A stretch of 63,996 bases of DNA, counting the filler, from Phoronis australis (Eukaryota > Animalia > Phoronida): assembly GCA_002633005.1 (NCBI GenBank). It is 9 parts of 9 records of this genome, joined end to end, with 100 filler letters (N's around TTAATTAATTAA, not from the genome) between each part and the next. Parts side by side here need not be neighbours in the genome. Positions count along the whole stretch, not along the records: positions 23,029 to 35,545 come from NMRA01001269.1; positions 35,646 to 46,203 come from NMRA01001745.1; 7 more parts are not named here. One strand, given 5' to 3'. The notes beneath the pieces are model-generated. The model ran no database searches and was not told the origin of the DNA. It was given only the letters and a program-made list of their open reading frames with translations. How positions within the stretch are numbered: the first letter of the stretch is position 1; every line of letters starts with the position of its first letter. Shown here piece after piece: positions 26,300 through 39,573 of the stretch. A program made the position numbers and the translations under genes.

Positions 26300-26698
26300 G
26301 GCCCGGTCTCTAATATTTGTACTCGAAACGAACTCGAAACTATTTTTGGCAATTTCTCTGCTCCTTTTGTGCGAACTTAAGATAATTGGTTATCAGACTG
26401 TGCTCGAATACATTACAGTTTATGCATAGGAGTTTCTAGTTCAAGTTTGCCCTTGAAGACCCTTATATTCGTGCTACAAACTCGAGTAAAAACTTGAAAT
26501 TTCGAGTTCAAACTCGAACTTATTGCTTTAATATTGGGTTTACAAACTGTGAACTAAGGGCAAAATTATCTACGTAAGTTATTGTGTACTCGAGCATAGA
26601 ATAAAGGACACTTATTTTGAGTTCGCCCAAAAGTAGAGTAGAAAATGCCAAACCTAATTTCGAGTTCCATTTCGAGTAAAAAGATTGGAGACCGGGCC
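26300..26698 (+). mobile_element. PIF/Harbinger-type MITE (second copy)
   Basis: Same TIR as 21296-21739; TSD CAG (26297-99 / 26699-701). Confidence 0.88.
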
Positions 26699-29477
26699 CA
26701 GATTTCAGAGTGGTAATTAAAGGTTTTTATTGAATCACGATTTAATTTTCTAATAATTTTAATATCGAGTAATATGTGTCTCGAACTGTAACCGAGGTTT
26801 TTACCCTGACCATGTGTCAAAGCCCAGTCGAGAACAGTGATTTCAGTTCTTCGAGTGCCGAGTGCGATTGTCGGGAACGATCATATCTAATTATAGCGAT
26901 GCTTTCAAGTACATGATACTCGTTTCTGTCTTAGTTTATATTCCAAAATCATTAAAGCTTTGTACCATTGTACTTCGTCAATTATTTTGGTCCAGTTTCC
27001 GACTCCAGCCTCTGTACTGGCTGCGGTCGTCGTGGTATCTACATCCCATTTTCTACTATTGTGCATTGCGATAGCATATACATTCCCATAAAATCTTGAA
27101 CAAGATGGACTGATGTAAGCTTACTGTAATCACATTCATTATATCATAGTTTGTTGCTGAGGCTCAAACAATGTATGTCTGACAATTACGTTCCAAGCAA
27201 TGATACAACACTAACAATACATTTTTCTCCATAAAATATACTTACAAGTTGGAGAAACCTTCATCATCAAATATCCGTTTCTGCGACGGATCGGAGCGCG
27301 ATTCTTCAAAATGGGCTGAGCACCGACAGCGTTGCCTAGCTGAACAGATCGCTTACTCCACCGTGTTCTGCCACACCTATATGTACGACGCACAAATCTG
27401 CTGTGCCATTTCTGGCTGATCTTACGGTTTTTTGGAAACGCAAAAACTGAAATATTGTATGTTCGATTGCTATTACTGCATCCTCCCCATATGCAACTTT
27501 TCCTTATACTCAGTCGAACTCAGTTTTTGAGACTACTACGGCTCGTGGCTGGTGTAGAGCAACACGACGGAGACCGATTCACTGATGACGTCACACAAAC
27601 ATGTTAATTGTTTATTTTTTGTGTTTATTTCTTGATTAAAAGTACACAAATTGAAGAAGAAATACTTAAACTATCATACCAAAATTGTTGGTAACCGAAT
27701 TCTAGCACTTTTGACCATGGTATGTAGGGTTTAAACAAGTTACAATATTATTGTTTAATCAATCATGCTTCCATAATCCATAGCAAAATAATTCAAGACG
27801 GTAACCCCAAAGTAGTCATGGTTTTATATGAATAAACCATGATATCCAGTAACGAAACATAAGTCAGTCATGTTTTCATATGAATAAACTATGATATCCT
27901 GAAATACGAGACATGGTGCCATCAGTTATACCAGTATTCACCGCTGTTAATAAATATAGATTATTACATGGCGAAGTCGTTATCCCCCGTTATCTAGAGC
28001 CCGGGTGGATTTTGGAGAATTATCGCCCGAGGAGCGTCAGCCTGTCACTGTTTCACAAGTAAGCATGTAGTCCAGTCTTTCACAGAGGAGGGGATTTCCG
28101 AATTTAAGTAACCTTAGAATCCACGTCACCACGGAATTCAATATTGGTTTCTTAAGTACAGTGTAAACGAAACTACGAGTGTAATTTCACATACTCAGTT
28201 TCGAGTCTTAGAGCCACATTCGACAACTTGATCAACTTCATGTTATGAGTCTCAACAAGACATTACCGGGCGTTACAATTGATATTACAGTATTTTACCT
28301 AAAGAAGTGGCATTTGGTTAGTGAGTGTTATGCAATTACAAATGAATAGTTTCAGATGTTTGTGTAACTTTCAAAAATCTACTCGTGTTTTTATTTGAAT
28401 AGAGGTAAGTGCGTGTTTCTTATAACTCATTTCGCAATCCGTTTATCTGTAGTGCAAACGTAATGAGAAGTAATCTTATCTATAGTGATTACCTAGATAC
28501 CTAAATAAATTTAAAAAATGGACAATTTACATTGTAAAAGAATCCAACCCAGTGTTACCGCAAGCGTACTTGCCAACTGTCTCGTTCTTGCGGATTTTAG
28601 TGTCCTACTTTTAATTTTTTTCACGCCATCCCACTACACCACTGAAAAGGCCCACCTTTTGACACATGGCCAAATTCTACACGACAACACAGTCTTGTTT
28701 TCCTGTTCGACCAGAGAAAAAAAACGAGAAATTTCACGAGTTTCTGCAGCACCCGCAACTTTCTGTTCAACTAAAAAACAAAAAAACGCCGTATGGCGCT
28801 TTTGAGTGTTACGATACCCGGACGTTTTTGTGTGTTGCAGCGAACATTTCACCCTTGTCTCTTGGCATATACCCAAATGTCCCGCATTTTATGCGGAAGT
28901 CGCAATTTTAGGCCAGTTGTTCCGTTTTTTCATTCTCTAATTTTGACAACTATCCAAGATATGTGCATAAATATATCATGTCTCCCTGTTATGAAAATTA
29001 TTTTCCACAGTATACTTTTTTATAGCAAAACAATAGTAAATATGTGTTCCAATGCCTCTATTTCACGCTGCATACACTACATTTATTAGTATCACAAATT
29101 TTTACCATAGAACTCTAGTTTTTACTCTGTGGAGAAATGAGGTTTGTTGCTTAGTTTCTTTGTAAAGTCTTAAACTGCAGTCAATGTATCGAGCTATCCG
29201 CTGAGTTCCAAAGGCACACAATAGATCTTTGCCCTCTTTTTATCTATCAGAAAACCCTTCAGCAAATTTCGCATAGGTAATTCGTACATGAAGAGTTTCA
29301 TTATTACTACTTCTTTGTTGTATTTCACATTTTTGGTTACATTCTTGGTTAGGCGAATTAATTTTTAAAATGTCAAACATGGACAAACTAATTTTATGAT
29401 CGTCATGTGTCCCGAATGATATATGGTAGTTCGTGCATCGCAAGCTCGTTACCAGAGATGAAACCAAGACCTGGGTA

Positions 29478-29640
29478 GGCGATATAAGGTCATTTATTAT
29501 GACTAATACAATTACAAGGCGATATAAGGTAATTTATTATGACTAATACAATTACAAGTAAGGTCATTTATATGACACATACAATTATAAGTAAGGTAGT
29601 TATATGACTAATACAATACCAGTAATAGTTATTGACTAAA
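29478..29640. repeat. ~37-40-bp tandem repeat (TAAGGTCATTTATTATGACTAATACAATTACAAG) x~4
   Basis: Decaying tandem units directly visible. Confidence 0.8.
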
Positions 29641-29794
29641 CATGAGTAAGGCAAAAAATACTACTCTCTAAATAAGTGAAAACATGTCTGGGATAATCAA
29701 CGAACCCTATTTTGCTAAAAATGACATGAAAAAAGGTTGCCTTCGCCTTTAAGACGGTAAAAAACATTAATTAAATCGGGTGGCATTCTCAGGC

Positions 29795-30252
29795 TTCTGT
29801 TCATTTCAGAGGTACCAATACGGTTCACGAGGTAAACTTAAACTCCACTGACAAAAAACTGAAATCTTTGTTTACTTTGGTTGCGAAAGTTCTTTGAGTA
29901 GTGTCTTTCGACATGTACACTGTCATCACAAATAGTAACCTATGCATCAGTGGTTTCCATATGTGCGTATTCAGATTTACATGTATACAGGGACAAAGGT
30001 ATATTTCCCCCGAAACTGCTCCACCGAAAGAGGGTACCGTCTGAAATGGGACACCTTAAGATGAACGGCTAAACATCATTAAGCTTGGAAAAAATGGTGT
30101 CAGTGCATTCCCCCGTCATGTGGTCCCAAAACGAAGCAGGGAGTGACCTCCTTCAACATGACAGCCCGTTGCACGATTCCACAAAAAAAAAACAGGAATA
30201 TAGTGGTAATCGATTCCAACATTGGGCCTTCTCTCCGTGGGTGGCCCCTTAA
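29795..30252 (+). mobile_element. Diverged copy of the element at 24278-25030
   Basis: Shared CATTTCAGAG.TACC, CGGTTCACGAG and GAAATGGGACACCTTAAGATGAA..ACATCATTAAGCTTGGAAAA. Confidence 0.6.
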
Positions 30253-31079
30253 AATTTTGTTAAAAACACAAAATGGTGGCCACTTGAATGTCATCAATGG
30301 CCTCCTTCAAGGGCGGGGCCCCTAAATATGAACACATTTATGTTTTCAAATATCAGGAAATGCGCAGCAATTGATGTTATCTGTCAGGTCATCAATTTTT
30401 CTCAAGAGTTTCGAGAAAAATATAAAACGAAAGTTGTCTCCGTTATTTATCCCTTGCCAGAGAGAGGGCATCTGGAAAAATATAGTTTTGCATTCGCAAA
30501 ATTGACTTATTGAATTTAAAAATCCAGTAAATTAGTACGCTCTGCAAAAGCTTCGCTTTACAAATTTTTTCGATTTTTCGAATTATATGCATGATTGATT
30601 TCGTGTACGTTTTCAAGTGCGTTTAGACGACCTATACTGCAAAAGCAGAGACCCTAACGACAATGTCCCGGCCAGAGTCCTCAAAAGGTAAACCATGCAC
30701 TGATGCAGAAAAGTTAATGTTGTCTTGAATTTTCTCTCTTATCCACATTTTGCAGTCTTTCTTTTCTCGACTGTCCCTGGCCGCCCCACGCATGCGTCGG
30801 TTGCCACGGTTTAAACCTGACGCCTGTGCCCCCCTTGCCCTGTTTTTCTGATAACTAGAAATGAACCAAATCGTTTTTAGATATTGCAAAGTGCAGCCAG
30901 GTTGACAATCTACTACGTAAACGTATGCATATTTTGCCAGTGTTAAAAATTTATAAGAGTAGGTATATGGATAAGAATTCGTCGTCAAGTTACCTTACGC
31001 CGTAAGATTGGAAAACCCAACAAGGCTCTGAAGCGTTATCTTGAGTCGCTGGTCATGGTATTGATGTTCTGTTTCATTG

Positions 31080-33021
31080 GTAATGGAATTAGTTATGCAA
31101 GGTCCACTCCTTGTTTGAAAATTGGCCGCGAGCATGCAACCACTGAGAGAATGGATTTATGTCATGTAAGTCACAATCTGTCACACCATGCTTGAATTCG
31201 GTTACCAATAATTTTGGTATGATATTTTAAGTATTCCTTATTCAATTTGTGTATTTTTAGTTAATAAATAAACGCGAGAATCAATGAAAAAATTTTTGTG
31301 TGACGTCTAGTCGCAAACATCTATAGCCACAACAAGCTCGTCTGTCCTCAATAAGCGCATTGTCCACTTTTGTTATTCTTGACCTGACCTCAAATGTCAC
31401 CACGCTCATTCGATACAGTATTGTTGGTTATTTTCCGAACGACGATGCAGTTACGGGACCCGTTTCAAGAAAAATGACTTAGCTATATATGACAAATCTT
31501 AAATTTCTGTCAATTTCTGTATAAAACTTGAATTCGTCTCGCGTCTAGTTCAAGAAAGAGACTAAGCGTGATCCGCTAAGCAAAAATGAACTGGGTCAAA
31601 TGTGACGTCACTAACTTAACTGTTTGGCGCGGCAAGTTCAAACTCAACACGGTAGGCCTACTCACTTTACTTCCATCAGATGTGATCCAAGTTGAATTGC
31701 AATGAAATTTCATAGTGGTAGAATTAAATCGCAATATGATATTAGTTTTAAGTAATTTCGTAGGGGCTACCGCGACGGTGAAAATAACGTCTTATAGTGG
31801 AAGAAGTGTTTAGTCAGTCATGTCACCTCGTCACGGTTGCCTCCTGTGACCACCCTGAATGTGCATAATTCATAACTTTTCCCTGCATTCAAGGAAAAGT
31901 GAAGAATTTCCACCAGAGTGTAATTCACTGTTTGCCGGTATCAATTATTAGGCTACAGTGGATTGTTTTTGTTTTAAATTTGTAATGTTACAAACCAAAC
32001 GAATATGTACCCAACTCTGATCTACGTGTACCTGAGCATAGGCCNTGACGGAATTAGATATGCAAGGTCCACTCCTGGTTTGAAAATTGGCGAGCATGCA
32101 ACCACTGAGAGAATGGATTTACCGTCATGTGAGTCACAATCTGTCACACCATGCTTGAATTCGGTTACCAATAATTTTGGTATGATATTTTAAGTATTCC
32201 TTATTCAATTTGTGTACTTTTAGTTAATAAATAAACGCGAGAATCAATGAAAAAAATTTTGTGTGACGTCTAGTCGCAAACACCTATAGCGACAACAAGC
32301 TCGTCTGTCCTCCGAATAAGCGCATTGCCCACTTTTGTTATTCTTGACCTGACCTCAAATGTCACCACGCTCATTCGATACAGTATTGTTGGTTATTTTC
32401 CGAACCACGATGCAGTTACGGGACCCGTTTCAAGAAAAATGACTTAGCTATATATGACAAATCTTAAATTTCTGTCAATTTCTGTATAAAACTTGAATTC
32501 GTCTCGCGTCTATTTCAAGAAAGAGACTAAGCGTGATCTAAGCAAAAATGAACTGGGTCTAAGTACTGCAATGTGACGTCACTAACTTAACTGTTTGCGC
32601 GGCAAGTTCAAACTCAACACGGTAGGCCTACTCACTTTGTCTTTTACTTCCATCAGATGTGATCCAAGTTTAATTGCAATGAAATTTCATAGTGGTAGAA
32701 TTAAATCGCAATATGATATTAGTTTTAAGTAATTTCGTAGGGGCTACCGCGACGGTGAAAATAACGTCTTATAGTGGAAGAAGTGTTTGGTCAGTCATGT
32801 CACCTCGTCACGGTTGCCTCCTGTGACCACCCTGAATGTGCATAATTCATAACTTTTCCCTGCATTCAAGGAAAAGTGAAGAATTTCCACCAGAGTGTAA
32901 TTCACTGTTTGCCGGTATCAATTATTAGGCTACAGTGGATTGTTTTTGTTTTAAATTTGTAATGTTACAAACCAAACGAATATGTACCCAACTCTGATCT
33001 ACGTGTACCTGAGCATAGGCC
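31080..33021. repeat. ~965-bp direct tandem duplication joined at a single N (32045); probably uncollapsed alleles
   Basis: 31080-32044 and 32046-33021 are near-identical with a few SNPs and indels. Confidence 0.9.
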
Positions 33022-34974
33022 AACTGCTCTGGCCTACGTGTGCCTGAGCATAGGCCTACTGCTCTGGCCTACTGAGATATCGTAGCTAGGTCACGTAAAA
33101 GATATTTCGAAAACCATGCCAGTACACAATTATTTAACAGTGAGGTATACATGTAAAGTTAAAAGAGATATTCATACACTTTTAACTGCTCTTTGTCCAT
33201 TAAAGTACTTTGGAGAACATTTACCGGGAAATATCTGGGCCGGGAAAGTTACATGTGCGGTGAATACATGCACGGCATGATCACCGCGGTTACGGCCGGG
33301 CCCCTCACTGAGTATTTGCAAGATGAGTTGTTCGGGTATTCTGTCGAGTGTAGGCCTAATCCCGCAATGCAAGCAAATAACTGTATCATTTAGACTATAA
33401 AAATGGGTCATCAGTTTCATTTTCTCTGGCGGCCGGCGATTGACCTACTTTGACTTCGCTAAGATAGACCAATGAGCTATACCACCCTCTCGTCTCAGTT
33501 CACTGAGTAACGCAAAGACCTCGCTAAAAAGCAAAAAGAGACTTCGAAAGAGAGATATTGCCGTGAATTTTAAATGAGAACACATTACTTTGGCTAGATT
33601 TTTAAAGGTTGTGCATCCGCATTAGTTGTAAAATTGGACTCAGCGTGTTTCTTCATGGGAAATGATTTCAGGACATACTTCTGTAAATGGTGAAGTCAAA
33701 AGATCAGGAACGTACGAAGATTGGTCCCGTGTTATTTTAAACGGGTGGTAGGCCACCGCTGACCAATTGAGAGTTTTCACCTATTCTACACTTGAAACTA
33801 TGACTGAAGTGTTCCTTTCTTCTTCTACACGTATGTTCGGTGAATTATCGGCTACGACAATTAACGTAACTTTGAAGAATTCCAACTCCACTTTTTCACC
33901 ATGGGCGTCATAACAAAGTATTTCAAGTGAGTCACGTGACTCGGCTAGCGCGTGGCACTTGCATGAGAAGGTATCTGGTGAAATTTGTAAGATTTGTGTC
34001 CCTTGGACTTTTTACGTCATGCGTGCCGATTTCAGTCACGTAACTTCCTGAAAATGGCACCCGAGAAACTCGCGCAAACCGCGACAAAATTTTTATCGAT
34101 TTGTTCAAATTTTTCTTGACTAAATCGTCTCCAGACTTCTGGTATATGTATTAATTATAACTGCATGTGCACTGATTTTTTGAAATTCCTAACTTTTTGT
34201 GGGAATGTACTATCGCCCCTGTATGCCTACGCTTGAAGCCCAACTTGTTCACAGTAAGAACAACCAGCAAACGTTTTCAGCGTAAACTTGTGACATCAGG
34301 ACACGGCACACTATATAAGTGCTTTACTGGCCGCAGATCTAAGCATCTCCGGCCGTGTGGAAAGCCAAAACGAAAAAAAATCAATTCTTTATTTTAAGCT
34401 ATTCAGGATATGCAATACGCTGAAAACAAAAATTTGAACCTCGATACAATTGTTCTAATAAATTACCCAATATCGTATTGTTTGAATTTTTTCTCACCTT
34501 TAACAGGCTTCTGCAATCATAAATAAATAAATAAATACCCAAGTTGCATTTGCATTTTATTGCTCAATTTCTTCTTTTATTTTTGATTATGTCATGCTGT
34601 GCTGTATGTAACAATGCAATATAGTGAAATAAAGTCAATGTTTTACTTTATTGGTGGCCATTCTCTATCAATTCAAGTATTTTAATTTTCTTCAAATAAA
34701 TTCAAAATGCTTTAACCAAAAATTTCAACATAAATTTTGAGCTCAGTACTTTGTTTTACAATAAAAAACAAGCGGACAATATTTTGATGACCAAGGCGTG
34801 GGCTGAAACTGTTAAGCACCTAGCGTGTTCCATTTGTCTGCTGCGTTTTTCCTTTGGCCTAACAGGTGTCGGTCAGTGCCTGGGACAAATAGATACATTG
34901 CATAAACAATCCTCAAGTTGTTTTTTGTTCCGTCTGAAGAAAATTTAATTTCGAAAATATCTTCTGAAAATGAA

Positions 34975-35205
34975 CAAAAAAGTGCATTTAATTTAGTAAA
35001 ATCTACAAGTTTTTAAGTGGTCTCAAATAAACAGTCGGTGAATTCATTAATTTTAGTCTCAGTTCTTCCACGCGTGTTTCTCCCGAGAGGTTAGTACCTA
35101 ACGTGCAGACGAGCACTCCAAACTGGAACGCTAAGCCCCGCGTGGCTGCGCTGCACGCGAAAGAAGATGGCGGACGACCTTTGGAGCCTGACGACGATAG
35201 GTATA
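34975..35205 (+). repeat. Dispersed repeat with promoter/first-exon-like end; second copy at 60767-60992
   Basis: About 225 bp highly similar to 60767-60992, ending AAGATGGCGGACGACCTTTGGAG..TGACGACGA.AG|GTA. Confidence 0.85.
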
Positions 35206-37904
35206 GTCGGTGGGCCAGATTTTGTAGGGCCTCTAGAAAATGGTTTTTGTGAGTACTTTAGGGGGGCAATTTTATTTTGGTGTTTTTTAGTTCATTTATT
35301 AGAGTGTTTTCAAAATCTAAAAAGTTCCCACATATAAAGTTGCACATTTTTGAGAAATTTGAGTTTGAAGTTACCTAATAATCACCAAAGAGCTTAGTAA
35401 ACTTATATTTGTAAAAACAACAGTTTTGGTGACTTTTTTGTAAAACAAGTAATATGGTCCCATCAGTGCCATTGTATTGAACAATATTACACTCACATTA
35501 CATGTTTTACTATTGTAAATTAATTGTAAACAGTGAAATTTAAAANNNNNNNNNNNNNNNNNNNNNNNNNNNNNNNNNNNNNNNNNNNNTTAATTAATTA
35601 ANNNNNNNNNNNNNNNNNNNNNNNNNNNNNNNNNNNNNNNNNNNNAAAAATTCAAAGTTGTACTCATATTTGTTTTCGCTCCTCTTTTCAAATATTACAG
35701 TAAAAACTACATAAAACTCTCTCCATAAAAAGTACAGTCAGCTAGCTAGATTGTAATCAGCTGATCATATCCGCATGAGCGAAGCCAATTATCCTCGCTC
35801 GTGACTCGATGACTAGAGCAGCTTGGCGGCTTCCCTTTGATCGTGAGCCGAGCGCGACTCAGCCAAGGTGGATAAATACGGTCTACTTCAATTTTCCATA
35901 CCCCGCCGTTTACCTTAACCACTGGGGTTAGAACCAATCTTATTTAGTGGGAATGTTCATAGCATGGTGTTTGCGTGGGATTTTGTGTTCATGAAATTAC
36001 AGACTGTGTATTTGTACCACATTTAAAGTCAGAGAAACATTGTTACTTAGTAAAAGATAAACGTCTGGACGAATATACCATGGTGCCTTCAATGTTGTGT
36101 TTGTTCTTTGTAAAGTAGATTTACTGTAACAAGTTCTCTTGTTGTCGGATTGAATTGGTATTCGGGGATTTTCAATGCCAGTGGCAGATCCAGAATTTTT
36201 GGAATGGTGTTCGCAAATGAAATAATGTCAAGCCATTGTTTTAAATTACTGTTTAAGTTTTATTAATAAGAGGTGGAGACAGCAATCTTCAGCCGTGTCT
36301 TTGTTACCTTGTTCTCATTTCTTTACATTTGTTTATGTTTCATTTCNNNNNNNNNNNNNNNNNNNNNNNNNNNNNNNNNNNNNNNNNNNNNNNNNNNNNN
36401 NNNNNNNNNNNNNNNNNNNNNNNNNNNNNNNNNNNNNNNNNNNNNNNNNNNNNNNNNNNNNNNNNNNNNNNNNNNNNNNNNNNNNNNNNNNNNNNNNNNN
36501 NNNNNNNNNNNNNNNNNNNNNNNNNNNNNNNNNNNNNNNNNNNNNNNNNNNNNNNNNNNNNNNNNNNNNNNNNNNNNNNNNNNNNNNNNNNNNNNNNNNN
36601 NNNNNNNNNNNNNNNNNNNNNNNNNNNNNNNNNNNNNNNNNNNNNNNNNNNNNNNNNNNNNNNNNNNNNNNNNNNNNNNNNNNNNNNNNNNNNNNNNNNN
36701 NNNNNNNNNNNNNNNNNNNNNNNNNNNNNNAGATCAATGACAGGGCCCAGGTATCAATTCCGGTATTTTTGGCACTTAATCATGTTTGAAAGTGTTGTAC
36801 TGTGTTTGGAAATTTGTTTGAAAAGCTTTTTTTTCTGCTCAACAGCTTATGACCTTACTGGATTTAAGGGCCCCACCAGAGCATTTATTAGTATGCCCTC
36901 CACTCATTTCCAATGTTCTATGTATATCAAATGCTTTTAGATGCCAGCAGGGTAGTATTCTGCATGCAGCTTTGTTGACCATTGTGGTCAGTGAGAATGT
37001 CCTACTCACATGTGTATGAATGTATAGTATGTGCACCTCATTCATGTACCACACCAGTATTGCCTGTGTGGTTTTGGAAATGTGTAAGCTGCTTGTGTTG
37101 TGTGGGCATTGTTGAGCTTGAAATGCTAGTTTTACTCCTATAAAACTAGGGATGTATTTATTGGGACATGTGTCCGTTATTGTTGTTACTAGTTTATTGC
37201 TTAACCAGTGTATCTATTTTGAATATTCTTCAAGCATTGGATGACTGATCTTTTCAGTTTAGGATAGTTATTGTTTGCATCCCATGAAGTGAATTACATA
37301 CTGTCTTTTTTAGTATTTTTATTCAGTGACTCCTGGTGTGGTTTTGAAAATGGTTGTTTTTTAGGCTGAAATGCAGATTTTTTACTAAGTTCTGCAATGA
37401 CCCTGTCATTTCCACATGGTTATCTTGAAAAGCAAATTCTTGTATACATATTATTGTCATCTTGTGAGGTGTGCAATTTATTGCGGTTTTCAGTGACTGG
37501 TTCCACCAGGGATAGCAGTATTGTGCACCTACCGGTACTTTGCTCAAACCCATGTTTCATATTATTATATTGATAACTTTTCCTCGTGAAGGTAGTGATC
37601 TCAGCAGTTATATCACTTATGGTGTTTTGTCAAGTAGTAGAACCTTGTACTGCTATGACACAAATTTTGAAGGTTCCTATGTTGTAATTAACAAAATTAG
37701 CCAGTCATCAAAGTCCAAGTGTTCTCCACACCAGTAAAAAGCATTCATGCGGTAAAGTTTCCTCAAATTCGAACAAGAAGAATAGCCAAATTTGTCATTT
37801 TTGCATTTTTCAAATGCTCACTATGTTGCCAAAGATGTTCGATATTTCGTGGTGTGTTTGTTGATGAGACCTGTAGTGTAAGCTTTTCAAATGATCAAGT
37901 AAAG

Positions 37905-38012
37905 TAATATAACTCAGATTTTGTGGAATGTTACACAGATTTTGCGAAATATTACGCACTTGTAGAATACTGCGCAAGTTTTGTGGAATACTATGACTTG
38001 CGAAATATTATG
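37905..38012 (+). repeat. ~21-bp-period minisatellite block, inverted relative to 38813-38995
   Basis: Units like GATTTTGCGAAATATTACGCA; the reverse complement matches 38813-38995. Confidence 0.75.
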
Positions 38013-38812
38013 AACGGTTCCGCAACGGTCACTTTTATTGATTAATTATTGTTAGGGTAGAAATTCTGATACTTTTATGTTTAATGCTTGTTGCACATTA
38101 AGATTTGAATATTTCGTGGCTTGTGTTAAGGTTCTACCAAAAGCGGTAAAATGGCATAGACGAGATGTCAAGTGTTCCCGAGTCTGCTTGAGGTAGGTTT
38201 CTGCATCACAAATCATTCAGCAAGTTCCCCACTGATTAATCATTGTTCATGTTGACACATTGATATTTTTATGAGTTATTGAGAATAGAATATGTTTCAA
38301 CTTAAATGCTCCAGAGAAAATTTTAAAAAATTGTGAGCCCCACAAAACTATTGTTTGCGGAACGGTTTCGCAAGTGGCATTGATAATTGAATGCATTTTA
38401 AGTTGATTGGACAAAACAAATACCCCGCAAAACCATTCTGTTTGGGAAATCGCTCCCCATGCAGAACGATTCCGCATGTGGAGCAGTTCTGCAATTGTCA
38501 CATTGATCAACTAATTATTGTTAGGATTGTCACATTGATACTTTCAAGTGGTATTGATTATGGAATGCATTGGGCATGAGAATTGAGTGCTCCAAAAAAC
38601 TATTCTGTTTACGGAACCGGTCTGCATGTGGAACCGTTCTGCAACCGTCACATCGATTAATTATTTCAAGTGTTATTGAGAATTGAATGTAATTCATGTT
38701 TATTGAGCCGGTAGAAAATTAAAAATTTTAGTCCTGTGTTAAACTTTTCTGTTTGTGAAACCCTTCTGCAACTGTCACATGGATTTTTAAACATAAATTA
38801 TTTTGATTACTA

Positions 38813-38995
38813 TTCCACAAAATATACATAATATATCGCAAGTCACAGTATTCCACAAAACTTGCGCAGTATTCTGCAAGTGCGTAATACTTTGCAAAAT
38901 TTGCATAATATTCCACAAAATGTGCGTAATATTCTGCAAAATCTGCGGAATATTCCGCACTAACTGCGTAGTCAATGCGGAATATTCCGCATGGC
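38813..38995 (-). repeat. ~21-bp-period minisatellite block
   Basis: Units like TGCGTAATATTCTGCAAAATC. This produces the spurious AEYYAHF/VEYYANF peptide periodicity in the ORF track. Confidence 0.75.
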
Positions 38996-39573
38996 AAAAA
39001 TTGAATTTCAAATTCAGAAAATGATAATGGAGCAAATAAAAATGTAACATTATAAACATGTTTAGGGTAAGGTATAGATTTGTTTCATACCATTTTTTAT
39101 GTCCCCAAGTGGATATAAAAAGTGCGGAACTGTTCCGCACACTTTGAGTCTCAATAAGATAGTCTCATTTGAAAAAAAATCGCTTTCGTTGTCTTCTCGT
39201 TTACTCATATTTAAAATTTGATAAAATAAAACTTTTCTGTTTCATCTTATTGTTTTTCAGTTCGAAGAAACATTACCTTGTTGCTGGTTACAAAATGTGA
39301 TGTAGCGCCTTATGAACTATCTGTAGCTATGGTCCCTTTATCTACATTTTGGGGGAGATAACTCATGGAAGTTGAAGTGGAAATTCATGAAAAATGATGG
39401 CTTCTAATTTTGTTTAATAGTGGGTCTAATATTTATAAAGTTTTTTTAATTCTTATATACAAAGCAGACACAGTTCATAATCACTGAGTAGACCAAAAGT
39501 TACTGTACATCCACTGAGGATTAAAAGATATTTTGCTCTTCATTCAGTAAACTACAAAGCTTGCAAATCATAC

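Noticed and set aside
31080-33021. Recent biological tandem duplication
   Set aside because: The junction is a single N, and the same pattern occurs at 21527 and 45586; most likely a scaffolding overlap of two alleles.
33172-33420. Harbinger transposase fragment
   Set aside because: Nearby GGGACCCGTTTCAAGAAA looks like a Harbinger terminus, but no frame gives a convincing transposase motif.
36273-36940. Long ORFs of 134-203 aa (also 57956-58668)
   Set aside because: They span N gaps and are mostly X.
38728-38997. Repeat protein with AEYYAHF-type heptads
   Set aside because: Translation of a 21-bp minisatellite that also occurs inverted at 37905-38012.
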